64,000 nt of DNA, from positions 2,240,001-2,304,000 of the forward strand of contig OZ241986.1 of assembly GCA_965204375.1 (NCBI GenBank). Reading direction: 5' to 3'. Shown here piece by piece: positions 10,701-18,772 of this stretch. This DNA comes from Candidatus Latescibacterota bacterium. Its GTDB lineage: Bacteria > Latescibacterota > UBA2968. A program made the translations under genes and the position numbers. The number at the start of each line of letters is the position of its first letter. Position 1 is the stretch's first letter. The notes below the pieces were generated by a model that was not told the origin of the DNA, made no database searches, and worked only from the letters and a program-made list of their open reading frames with translations.

Positions 10701-13391
10701 GATATCGTCCTGATTGATCGCAACCTGAATTCCGCCGTGGTCGATACCCTATTCAGGGCGGCTTTATCGCCTTTTGGAACACGCGACAGCGTGACAGTAC
10801 TCTGGCGTCTGAAAGACCGCGCTGGACGCCATCTATTAGAAGCGATAGCCGACCCCGCCAATGCGATTGTAGAAGGCGATGAAACAAATAATCGGACAGC
10901 AGTAGAAATCAATGTCTTAGGTGCGTTGTCGGCTGTACAGCTCTTGCCATGGCCGAGTCAGACCGTCGCAAATGCACAGGTGGTACTGGGTGTGCGGTCT
11001 GGGGAAGACCAGTTCCATCTAACAGGCGAATTTGAGTTGAATGCATCTGGCGATTTTCAAGATACCGCAACAATGCGCTCGGGCAGCGTAGCCGCCGCCG
11101 AGAGTATTATCTTATGGCGACCGACGGGTTTGCGCGAGGGGGCTTATTTTTGGCGCGTCCGATTATCCGATGGACAGACAACGGGCCCCTGGTCCGATGT
11201 ACAACATTTTGTGGTGACATCTTCTGTACCCGAACGGCAGGTGGTGTGGCAACAAGACGGCGCTATTGCATTATCGCGCGGCACAGGCGAAGATGTCGTG
11301 CTGTCTGATGACGGTTCTGTGGGCCGCACCATGTCTCCACCGCCGATCCGATTCAATGATGCCGAAGCTTCTTTTTTGAGCGAAGGTGTGACAGGTACAG
11401 CTATTTTGTGTACGGACGGAACATACCTGTATGTGAAGCGCTTCTATACATCGCAAGGCCAGTACCAGTATCCCGGCAGCGATCTATTCGCGCGCATTGG
11501 CACGGGATTCAATGGCACAATAGCGGGTAAAAATTACGGGATCGTGACCGAAACACCTATCCAGAGCATTTCTGCGACATTTCACAGCGATGGGTTTATC
11601 TATTCCGAACACCGCACAGCGCGCTCCGTGCTGCGTATTTCGCCCGTCACTGGACAAATTGATACCATTGAAGTACCCGGCCGCTTGCTGGATTTGTTCC
11701 GCGGATTGCCATTTGATGCCCATGCATTGATTACCTCTGACGGCGAGTTTATTTATAACGTATCTGCAGGCGTCAATGGCGTGCGGCGCAGCGGATGGAG
11801 CGTGCGGATATTTGACCCGGCCAATGCCTGGCGCATCGTGCGACAATTTGCCGTACCGCCAACCGAAACGGGATTTGGCTATCGGCACACAAATAGCGCG
11901 ATTGCCGATGGACAGTTTATCTACTTAATCGAATATAGTACGGGATTGACGCACCGCGTACGCGTGGTAGATGCACATACCGGGGCATTCGTCGAAGAAT
12001 TTGAAAGCGATCAGGCGCAGACAGATATTCTGAGCGGGCAATTTGATTGGGTAAACAACGTGGTGTGGTTGGGACAATTAGAGGGAGGCATGGTATATCG
12101 ATATCCGGGGCAGCACTTGCCCGAGTTTGGCACCTTAACATCTGAACCAATTGGACCTGCGAGGGCCTGGCACACAGTCACGACGGCTTTGTCGGGCGCG
12201 GGCAAAGCCGAAGTGAATTTACTCGGCGAGATCGATAACAATACTTTTGCACCATTGGCACAATGGCAAAATTTATCACCTGGAACAATTGATCTGCGCG
12301 GTATAGGCTCATCCATCCCGCGACTAAAAATTCAGATCAAATTGTACGGAGAGGGACTAAATCCATCCCCCGGTCTGCAAACCTGGACCACCACATATCA
12401 GCCACTTTCAGATATTGGCCTGAGCAACTTGCGGGCAGAACCCTTTGAAGTAACGGAATTGCAACCCGTTTATCTCCATCTCGACGTACAAAATTGGGGT
12501 CCATTAGACCTTGCTCTGGGCGCATCTGTTGCCTTTTATAGCGGCTCTCCCGCGCTGGGGCGTCTGATAGGGCGCGTGGCTGTGCCCGAAAATAGCCCGC
12601 TCGGACAAATCGTTCCCCTGCGTCTGGCGTGGCAAACCGCGCAATGGGCCGGACAACACATGGTAACGGCTCGTTTGGAAAATTTTCAGGGACAGCCAAT
12701 TTTTCCCGGCCGCGAGATAGCGCTTACGGAGCCTGTGCAGATTGCGCCGAGTTCTGACCGCGACGCGCCAACAATTGAAATCGCGGCGCTGGATGCTCTT
12801 GGTGAAGTTCGACCAGAAGATTATCTGCCCTCCCAACCGACATTTCGCATTTCCATGCGCGATACAGCGGGTATTGATTTGTCCAGCATCCGCCTATCGC
12901 TTTCGGGAACAGACGAGGCACAAGAGACTCATTATGAGTCAGAAAAAATAAAAAACCGCGCTGTTACCCCCATGACACTGTCATTTGTCTATACCCCAGA
13001 CGCGCTTGTCGATGGGCGTTATACACTCAATGTCGAAGCCTCTGATAGGCTGGGAAATGGTCCTGCAAAAATTGCAATATCGTTCCAGGTCTCTTCAATA
13101 TTGGCGATAGAGAACGCACTGGTCGCGCCCAATCCCGTATCTGATACGGGACATTTTACATTCATCTTATCGCGTCCTTCAGAAGTCACCGTGCAAATTT
13201 ACACCCTTGCCGGACGGCTCGTTCAGAGAATTGAAGAGCCATTTGCACGCGCGGGATACAACCAGATTTTTTGGGATGGGCGAGATGCCGACGGTCAGGT
13301 GCTGAGCAACAATACGTACTTATACATTTTGACCGCAGACAATGGCGAATCGCAGGCGCGGGTTAAAGACAAATTGATTGTGTACCGATAA
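7704..13391 (+). CDS. Large secreted C25 (gingipain/PorU-like) cysteine peptidase with propeptide, CARDB/Ig domains and a T9SS/FlgD-Ig C-terminus
   Basis: Signal peptide MKTFSHLIPAITLLIATSIAHA; DYVII, VYDEFSFG, VGRF; catalytic His in NFMGHG and Cys in GMSCLNG; NLIGDPA; DPANAIVEGDETNN (CARDB); C-terminal APNP...IYTLAGRLV...WDGRD...KLIVYR. Confidence 0.85.
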   Translation: MKTFSHLIPAITLLIATSIAHAGNVRVVATGENWVEVVVDASDLSITSESSYDRIDVPGWMWLHQPGAPAVPVRGATLGMPYGSRAVVQVLDANYEEIDGLNLMPVPQTQLLGSEQYPFSRSVYLKDETIYDTPGFYPGAEAVVAHTGILRDQQVAILSLRPVQYDPVQRRLRIARQLRVRVLFVADETRPPIRLLRDTDDFDSIYQKGLLNPEQAHFWRGRRIRATKRIQDWYDPLATYYKIRISEDGLYRLDARWFSESGIVLAPGDLDRLQIFLDGDEISLLVEDGGDGVLDEGDGVLFWGAFRRAPDRDFESEYGTERVYFLRIGRESGSRYTHAEGTSTNEVLTQFLSRKHVEIDSIYEALGHARNANRDHWFWQRTASPSRPDDMPTDVVMPVPLPGLARESGSNAQIRLGMHSLTLNQNINPDHYAVIQIQDGPLIAEERWDGQEAHIATGTVPVSALSDTTYVVLQTPGDPSFPLEPVPYVDHVYFNWVEITYPRRFEAIDGMLRFNPGIVLSPRAISIPNLEHERAIVLNLDKNKIIGTVQADEGIRFEIAESGDFIAVDETSIKTPERAERDTPYDLRGFSGADYVIITGADFMDAAERLAAHRQGQGLFTLVVDVADVYDEFSFGQVDAEAIRRFVQYGFHTWTKRPVYVLLLGEFSFDYRNIFGENLIARHNLVPGMPFQSPNRGLAFTDEFFGRVDDDLFMDVFVGRFSVRRASQANTVVQKVIAYDETPSAQWRNRMLLMANWDPQGGTYKFIAPSDTLATITHAIGLENFKVYHDADTPPEPNASSREVIRQINEGRLIVNFMGHGSASSMSKFIAGTFQRGAFDYMSQIRNRERLPLFIGMSCLNGLYWDPRIISLAEEMTNKPDGGAIAYISASSLSFIRINNQLNTALFRHILEDGVLAFGHSLALGKMTELVALPSSELGLVGMNLIGDPAQQIAVPQSPDFVLGDAALQLDQQGELTTADSVRVTLRVDNWGILPKRSVDIVLIDRNLNSAVVDTLFRAALSPFGTRDSVTVLWRLKDRAGRHLLEAIADPANAIVEGDETNNRTAVEINVLGALSAVQLLPWPSQTVANAQVVLGVRSGEDQFHLTGEFELNASGDFQDTATMRSGSVAAAESIILWRPTGLREGAYFWRVRLSDGQTTGPWSDVQHFVVTSSVPERQVVWQQDGAIALSRGTGEDVVLSDDGSVGRTMSPPPIRFNDAEASFLSEGVTGTAILCTDGTYLYVKRFYTSQGQYQYPGSDLFARIGTGFNGTIAGKNYGIVTETPIQSISATFHSDGFIYSEHRTARSVLRISPVTGQIDTIEVPGRLLDLFRGLPFDAHALITSDGEFIYNVSAGVNGVRRSGWSVRIFDPANAWRIVRQFAVPPTETGFGYRHTNSAIADGQFIYLIEYSTGLTHRVRVVDAHTGAFVEEFESDQAQTDILSGQFDWVNNVVWLGQLEGGMVYRYPGQHLPEFGTLTSEPIGPARAWHTVTTALSGAGKAEVNLLGEIDNNTFAPLAQWQNLSPGTIDLRGIGSSIPRLKIQIKLYGEGLNPSPGLQTWTTTYQPLSDIGLSNLRAEPFEVTELQPVYLHLDVQNWGPLDLALGASVAFYSGSPALGRLIGRVAVPENSPLGQIVPLRLAWQTAQWAGQHMVTARLENFQGQPIFPGREIALTEPVQIAPSSDRDAPTIEIAALDALGEVRPEDYLPSQPTFRISMRDTAGIDLSSIRLSLSGTDEAQETHYESEKIKNRAVTPMTLSFVYTPDALVDGRYTLNVEASDRLGNGPAKIAISFQVSSILAIENALVAPNPVSDTGHFTFILSRPSEVTVQIYTLAGRLVQRIEEPFARAGYNQIFWDGRDADGQVLSNNTYLYILTADNGESQARVKDKLIVYR

Positions 13392-13397
13392 AAAACC

Positions 13398-13458
13398 GTA
13401 GGGGCGATCCGTGAACTGGTCTGGAATGCGACCAGTTGTAAACCGCTCGTGGTCGCCC
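13398..13458. repeat. GTAG-tagged REP-like palindrome with a nested inner hairpin
   Basis: GTAG followed by GGGCGA...TCGCCC outer stem, enclosing AACTGGTC/GACCAGTT (perfect 8-bp inverted repeat). Intergenic. Confidence 0.55.
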
Positions 13459-13477
13459 GCACAACTCAGGAAATACC

Positions 13478-14974
13478 ATGTCATCTATTCGCAAAGTAAT
13501 CGTCATAGGTCTGGATTGCGCGTCGCCCGAACTGATCTTTCAGCGATTTCGAGATGACCTGCCCACCATCAACAACCTGATCCAGACCGGGGTTTACGGC
13601 AACCTCAAAAGCACCATCCCGCCCATAACCATTCCCGCCTGGATGAGCATGGTAACGGGCAAAGACCCCGGCACGCTGGGATTTTACGGGCTGCGCAACC
13701 GCGCCGATTACTCCTACAACCGTCTGTCTATCGCCAACTCAACTCTCGTGAATGACGATACGGTTTGGGACATCATTTCTGCTGCGGGCAAAAAAGTAAT
13801 CCTCGTAGGCGTGCCCCAAACCTATCCCCCCCAGCCAGTCAACGGCTGCCTGATAGCCTCTTTTCTCACGCCGAGCAACGACAGTCCCTATACCTATCCC
13901 GACAGTTTAAAAACCGAAATCGAGCGCGTATCCGACGGCTATATCATCGATGTACCCGATTTTCGCACAGATGACAAAGCGCGCTTGCTCCGCGAAATCT
14001 ACACCATGACCGAAAAGCGCTTTCGCGTGACGCGGCATCTCATGCAAACCCGCGAATGGGATTTTTGCATGCATGTGGAAATGGGCACAGATCGCATCCA
14101 CCACGGATTCTGGCGCTTTCTGGATCAAACCCACCGAAAACACGATCCCAATTCCGAATATGTGAACGCCATCCGCGACTATTACCGGTATCTCAATGGG
14201 GAAATTGCATCCCTGATTGCTCTAACTGATAAAGACACAGCCATCCTCCTCGTCTCAGACCACGGCGCCAAACGCATAGATGGCGGTATCTGCATCAACG
14301 AATGGTTGATCCGAGAAGGGTATTTGACAATAAAAAAATATCCCCAGGAGCCTATGGCTTATGAGGATCTCGAAATCGACTGGGCAAAAACCACAGCCTG
14401 GGGTGAGGGTGGCTATTACGCGCGCATCTTTCTCAACATTGCTGGACGCGAACCAAAAGGCATTGTGCCCCCCGAACAATACAATATCTTACGCGACGAA
14501 CTCTCAAAAAAAATTGCGGTCATTCCCGACGACAAGGGCAATCCCCTGCCGACGCGGGTCTTCAAACCAGAGGATATTTACGGAACTATTAACAATATCC
14601 CACCCGATCTAATCGTCTATTTCGGCGACCTGCACTGGCGTTCTGTCGGCACAATAGGCCATCGCGCTGTCCACACCCTTGAAAACGATACCGGACCAGA
14701 CGATGCCAACCACGCCCAACACGGTATCTTTATTCTCAAAGACGGCACGCACACAGGCGAGAGATACAATCTGGAAATACGCGACATCGCACCAACTATC
14801 CTGGGCCTCATGGATATCCCCATCCCCACCGACATGCAAGGCCATGCAATAGTCAACACGCCCTCAACGCATCCACCATCAGATGCACATCCTTCACACA
14901 CGGACGACGAGGTCTATACAGAAGGGGAAAAAAAAGCACTCGAAGATCGGCTCAGAGCGCTGGGATATTTGTGA
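13478..14974 (+). CDS. Alkaline-phosphatase superfamily / type I phosphodiesterase-nucleotide pyrophosphatase family protein
   Basis: VIGLDCA, STIPPITIPAW (Thr nucleophile), DRIHH, VSDHG, ANHAQHG; C-terminal RLRALGYL. Confidence 0.85.
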   Translation: MSSIRKVIVIGLDCASPELIFQRFRDDLPTINNLIQTGVYGNLKSTIPPITIPAWMSMVTGKDPGTLGFYGLRNRADYSYNRLSIANSTLVNDDTVWDIISAAGKKVILVGVPQTYPPQPVNGCLIASFLTPSNDSPYTYPDSLKTEIERVSDGYIIDVPDFRTDDKARLLREIYTMTEKRFRVTRHLMQTREWDFCMHVEMGTDRIHHGFWRFLDQTHRKHDPNSEYVNAIRDYYRYLNGEIASLIALTDKDTAILLVSDHGAKRIDGGICINEWLIREGYLTIKKYPQEPMAYEDLEIDWAKTTAWGEGGYYARIFLNIAGREPKGIVPPEQYNILRDELSKKIAVIPDDKGNPLPTRVFKPEDIYGTINNIPPDLIVYFGDLHWRSVGTIGHRAVHTLENDTGPDDANHAQHGIFILKDGTHTGERYNLEIRDIAPTILGLMDIPIPTDMQGHAIVNTPSTHPPSDAHPSHTDDEVYTEGEKKALEDRLRALGYL

Positions 14975-14981
14975 TTGACCG

Positions 14982-15866
14982 CTAAAAAACCCGAAAATGC
15001 GCGGGCAACGGCGGCATGCCACCGTCCTGTGTCGTAACAAAACCGCCAACGGCATTGGCTTGCTCAGCGCATATCTGCATCGGTGCGCCAGCGAGTAAAT
15101 GCATGACAAATGCCGCCGTAAAAGCATCGCCAGCACCCACCGTATTCACGACCTGTTGTCTTTTCCCCACCGCCTGACAAATCCCACCTTCACTCACAAC
15201 TCGACATCCCCGTTCTCCCAGCGTCAAAATCACACATTGCAGATCAAAACGCGCGCGAATACCTGTCAAAAAAGCATCTACATCTTCTTCTCCATCCACA
15301 TAATCGCGCAACAGGACCACTTCCTCATCATTTAACTTCAGCACATCAGCGCGTGCTATAGATTCTCGCACAATCTCATCAGTGTGATAGTGCTGTCGAA
15401 AATTGATATCGAACACGCGCAGGCAATCCGGCGACGCCGCATCCAAAAAATTTGTAATTGCCCGACGGCTCTGCGCCTCGCGTTGATCTATTGTTCCAAA
15501 ACACAAGGCGTGAGCAGAACGCGCGACCGGTGCCAATTCTGAGCACCATGTAATCGCATCCCACGCCACGCCTTCGACAATTTCATAAGTGGGCTGCCCA
15601 TCTACAAGGGTCACGTTCACACTACCCGTTGGCCGATGAGCATGTATTTGCACAGCATCTGTCGCCACCCTGCGCCCGCTCAAAATCTCAAGTGCTGTCT
15701 TGCCCCGTGCATCGTCTCCCACACAACTCACCATAGCAGAACGCGCGCCCAAAGCAGCCGCGTGCACGGCAAAATTTGCCGGCGCCCCCCCCAATCGCTC
15801 GCCATCGGGAAACACATCCCACAACACGGCACCGATAGCGACCACACAGGGCGGGTCACGGCGCAT
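14982..15866 (-). CDS. PfkB family carbohydrate kinase (fructokinase-like)
   Basis: LGGAPANFA, FDINFRQ, KLNDEE, NTVGAGDAF signature. Confidence 0.9.
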   Translation of the reverse strand: MRRDPPCVVAIGAVLWDVFPDGERLGGAPANFAVHAAALGARSAMVSCVGDDARGKTALEILSGRRVATDAVQIHAHRPTGSVNVTLVDGQPTYEIVEGVAWDAITWCSELAPVARSAHALCFGTIDQREAQSRRAITNFLDAASPDCLRVFDINFRQHYHTDEIVRESIARADVLKLNDEEVVLLRDYVDGEEDVDAFLTGIRARFDLQCVILTLGERGCRVVSEGGICQAVGKRQQVVNTVGAGDAFTAAFVMHLLAGAPMQICAEQANAVGGFVTTQDGGMPPLPAHFRVF

Positions 15867-16849
15867 TACCGCGACACCTTCACGGCCTTCTTTGCAGAAG
15901 CCGAGCGATAAGCGGCCTCGGACAAACGGGCGACCTGCAAAGCGAAATCTGGCGGCGAATATCCCACGCCATCGTTGCGAATCAGATCAAAAAATGCCTG
16001 ATCGGGCGTCATCTCCTGAATATGCGGTGGAATTTCGAGTGGTTTGTCATTCAGCAAAACCGACTGCACCTGCCACCGGTGCAAATGGAACACCAGACAG
16101 CCTTTGCTTCCGTGAATGGCGATTCGCTCATCGTGATGCGCCGCATTGCCAAAGGTATTCAGCGTACCCGCCCCGCCACCTTTGAAACGCACATTGACCA
16201 CCATATTGGTATCCACGGCTTTTCCCGCATTCTCCGCAAAGGCCGAGACCTCCACAGGCTCCAATCCCGTAATCCACAACACAGAGGCGACGAGATGGCT
16301 ACCCGTATCCATAAACATGCCGCCCCCCGACAACTCGGGATCCAAACGCCAGCCGCGAATTCTTCCCCAATTTTGCGTCACATAAGCCACCACGCCGCGC
16401 AACTCTCCGAGTTCACCTTGCCGAATCAACTCACGCGCATAAACGTGGGGAGCCATATAATTGCGTTGATAGGCCACCACCAGATACAATTTCAATTTAT
16501 CCGACAAATTGATCAGCGACTTGGTCTGCCGAGACGCAACAGTGAGGGGTTTCTCAACCAGAACGTGCAACCCCTTTTGCAAAGACAGGCGGGCGTGTTC
16601 ATAATGCAGTGCATGGGGCGAACTGATCAGCATAGCATCGAGTGCCTCATTCCGCACGAGTTGGCGATAATCTTCATAAAACGACGCCTCACTGCCCCAC
16701 TCCTCCATCAATGCTTCCGCCTGGCTCTCGTCTGGATCGGCCACGCCGATAATCTCCACGCCACCATCTGCTTTCAAACGAGGCAAATGCGCCCGTTGCA
16801 TGTTGCCGCCACATCCAATCAAACCGAGCCGAATTTTTTCTTTAGACAT
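15866..16849 (-). CDS. Gfo/Idh/MocA family oxidoreductase
   Basis: LGLIGCGG, HVLVEKP, GGGMFMDTGSH. Confidence 0.9.
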   Translation of the reverse strand: MSKEKIRLGLIGCGGNMQRAHLPRLKADGGVEIIGVADPDESQAEALMEEWGSEASFYEDYRQLVRNEALDAMLISSPHALHYEHARLSLQKGLHVLVEKPLTVASRQTKSLINLSDKLKLYLVVAYQRNYMAPHVYARELIRQGELGELRGVVAYVTQNWGRIRGWRLDPELSGGGMFMDTGSHLVASVLWITGLEPVEVSAFAENAGKAVDTNMVVNVRFKGGGAGTLNTFGNAAHHDERIAIHGSKGCLVFHLHRWQVQSVLLNDKPLEIPPHIQEMTPDQAFFDLIRNDGVGYSPPDFALQVARLSEAAYRSASAKKAVKVSR

Positions 16850-16890
16850 CGCGCAGAACCTCCCGGTTTATAGTGAATAATATTTTTATA

Positions 16891-17697
16891 TCAAGCCGCC
16901 GATTCAGCGACCATCGTCACTTCTTTCCGGCCTTCTAATCCTGAAATCACCGGAAATGTGCGCGATGAATCCCTTCCCCGCGCCATATAACGCACAGTAG
17001 GTGGAAAATAGGCGTAGAGTGCCGTATGCCTCGGACGAGGTGAATGATTGGGGCCAGAACCGTGTACGCACAAACTGTGAAACAGGAGGGCTGTCCCCGC
17101 CTTGAGAGGCACCTCAATCGCCTGTGAAGTATCCAAATTTTTTCGATCTGTCAACTTCGCATCTTGAGGCCGCGCAATATCGCCCCATTTCTGCATGCCC
17201 CACTTGTGACTCTCGGGAATCACCCGAATGCATCCATTCTCTGAACTGGCATCTGTCAATGCAATGCTCACCGTGACAAGTGCGGGCGGCTCCATCGGCC
17301 AATACGCCGAATCTTGATGAAAACCATGCGATGACCCGTGAAACGCGGGCTTGAGCATAAGCGTACTGCGAAACAACAACAAATCGGGTCCAATCAGATT
17401 CTGAACCACGGGTACGAGTTTGGAATGTGCAGCCAAATTCTTGAACACATTGGAAAAATCGCGCGTCTGCTCGATCTTACGCAACACGGGCAAGCCACCT
17501 TGCTCTTTGTCCCTTGCATAAGGCTCGCGCTGAAAACTGCCCGCACGCTTGTCGCCATTGGCTGCCAAATCTGCTGCCATTACGTGCAATTTGTGAATCT
17601 CTTCTTCAGACTCGGCCAACTCTTGGGACGACACCACATCTTCAACCACGAGATAGCCCTGGTCGTAGAAAAATGTTTTCTGTTCTTCAGGTGTCAT
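16891..17697 (-). CDS. Phytanoyl-CoA dioxygenase (PhyH) family Fe(II)/2-oxoglutarate oxygenase
   Basis: FYDQGYLVV, HQD facial-triad motif, ENGCIRVIPESH, HGSGPNHS..R. Confidence 0.9.
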   Translation of the reverse strand: MTPEEQKTFFYDQGYLVVEDVVSSQELAESEEEIHKLHVMAADLAANGDKRAGSFQREPYARDKEQGGLPVLRKIEQTRDFSNVFKNLAAHSKLVPVVQNLIGPDLLLFRSTLMLKPAFHGSSHGFHQDSAYWPMEPPALVTVSIALTDASSENGCIRVIPESHKWGMQKWGDIARPQDAKLTDRKNLDTSQAIEVPLKAGTALLFHSLCVHGSGPNHSPRPRHTALYAYFPPTVRYMARGRDSSRTFPVISGLEGRKEVTMVAESAA

Positions 17698-17730
17698 CTT
17701 TATGTCTCCTCAAAAATTGATAATAGATAA

Positions 17731-17758
17731 ATCATAATACTATAAATACTTGTGTCAA
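17731..17758 (-). promoter_or_regulatory. Putative sigma70 promoter of the PhyH/Gfo/PfkB operon
   Basis: Minus strand TTGACA-N16-TATGAT, upstream of the GAGGAG RBS. Confidence 0.55.
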
Positions 17759-17760
17759 GC

Positions 17761-17795
17761 AAAGAAAAAGGGCGTCAGTCTGTAACCGACGCCCC
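17761..17795 (-). terminator. Rho-independent terminator after the DUF4249 gene
   Basis: GGGCGTC/GACGCCC stem followed on the minus strand by TTTTTCTTT. Confidence 0.7.
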
Positions 17796-17820
17796 TGAAG
17801 GTATATTTGTGCAATAATTT

Positions 17821-18765
17821 TTATTGCGAAGGACGGGGCAACACCACGAAACCCACCGAATCCACGGACGCCGATCCAAAAATCCCTATGCCCCCATCAA
17901 CGTTAAATAGCGGACGCTCAAAATTGTCGCCCGCCAGACCGCCAGGCTGAAACGCATTCCCATCATCATCTTGAAAAAATTCGGGCACAGATCGAATCAA
18001 ATCAAACCAGTTTTTGTCAACCGCATAAATGCGAATGACATGAGGCCCGGCATACGCCACGGCAAACCAGGGAAAGCGCACGATGCCATCTGTGGCCTCA
18101 AATGCTGGCGAACTGCCGTATCGTTCAAAACCCGCCCTCTCATCTTCATCGACCAAATCGGAATAAACCACAAAATCCGATTCTGGATCCAGACTCTCAA
18201 TTGCAATATGGTAGCCACTGGCAGGAAGTGGATCAAACCGCATTTCCAGAAGGCCTTCTTGATAGACAACGCGATTTTCCTGTACATTGCCATCCTCATA
18301 TCTGTTCAATGGACGGATGACCTCAAGTGTCTCATCATCTAATAATGCCGCCTCTCGAATATCGAATCTGCCCGGTGTAATCGTCTGCGCTGTGGCTTCC
18401 CTGCCCTGTGATCGCACGCGCAGATTATAAGTTGTATTTGGCAAAACGTGCGGGGCGTTGGGCGGGGGCATATAATAATAATACCCTGCGGCGAAACCCG
18501 GGCTGTACAAAAACGTCCGTTCCCCCTGGGTAATTACGACCTCGGCATCGTCCACACTTGCCTCCCAGCGGCCAAAAGACCCCACATTTGCTTTTACGGT
18601 CTCACTAATCAACACCCGAGGCAGGGGTTGATCGACAATCAACAGCGCATCCACAACCAGAACGCCGGAGGCATCGGGGCCAAAAAGACTCGACGGATCG
18701 CGCTCGGCTTCACACCCCACCAGTGCGATCAGGCAGCCCATCATCAAAACGAAATATTTCATCAC
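17821..18765 (-). CDS. DUF4249-like lipoprotein (TonB-receptor partner)
   Basis: Lipobox ALVGC; LVVDALL; C-terminal NVDGGIGIFGS; directly downstream of a TonB receptor gene. Confidence 0.7.
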   Translation of the reverse strand: MMKYFVLMMGCLIALVGCEAERDPSSLFGPDASGVLVVDALLIVDQPLPRVLISETVKANVGSFGRWEASVDDAEVVITQGERTFLYSPGFAAGYYYYMPPPNAPHVLPNTTYNLRVRSQGREATAQTITPGRFDIREAALLDDETLEVIRPLNRYEDGNVQENRVVYQEGLLEMRFDPLPASGYHIAIESLDPESDFVVYSDLVDEDERAGFERYGSSPAFEATDGIVRFPWFAVAYAGPHVIRIYAVDKNWFDLIRSVPEFFQDDDGNAFQPGGLAGDNFERPLFNVDGGIGIFGSASVDSVGFVVLPRPSQ

Positions 18766-18772
18766 AATCCTT

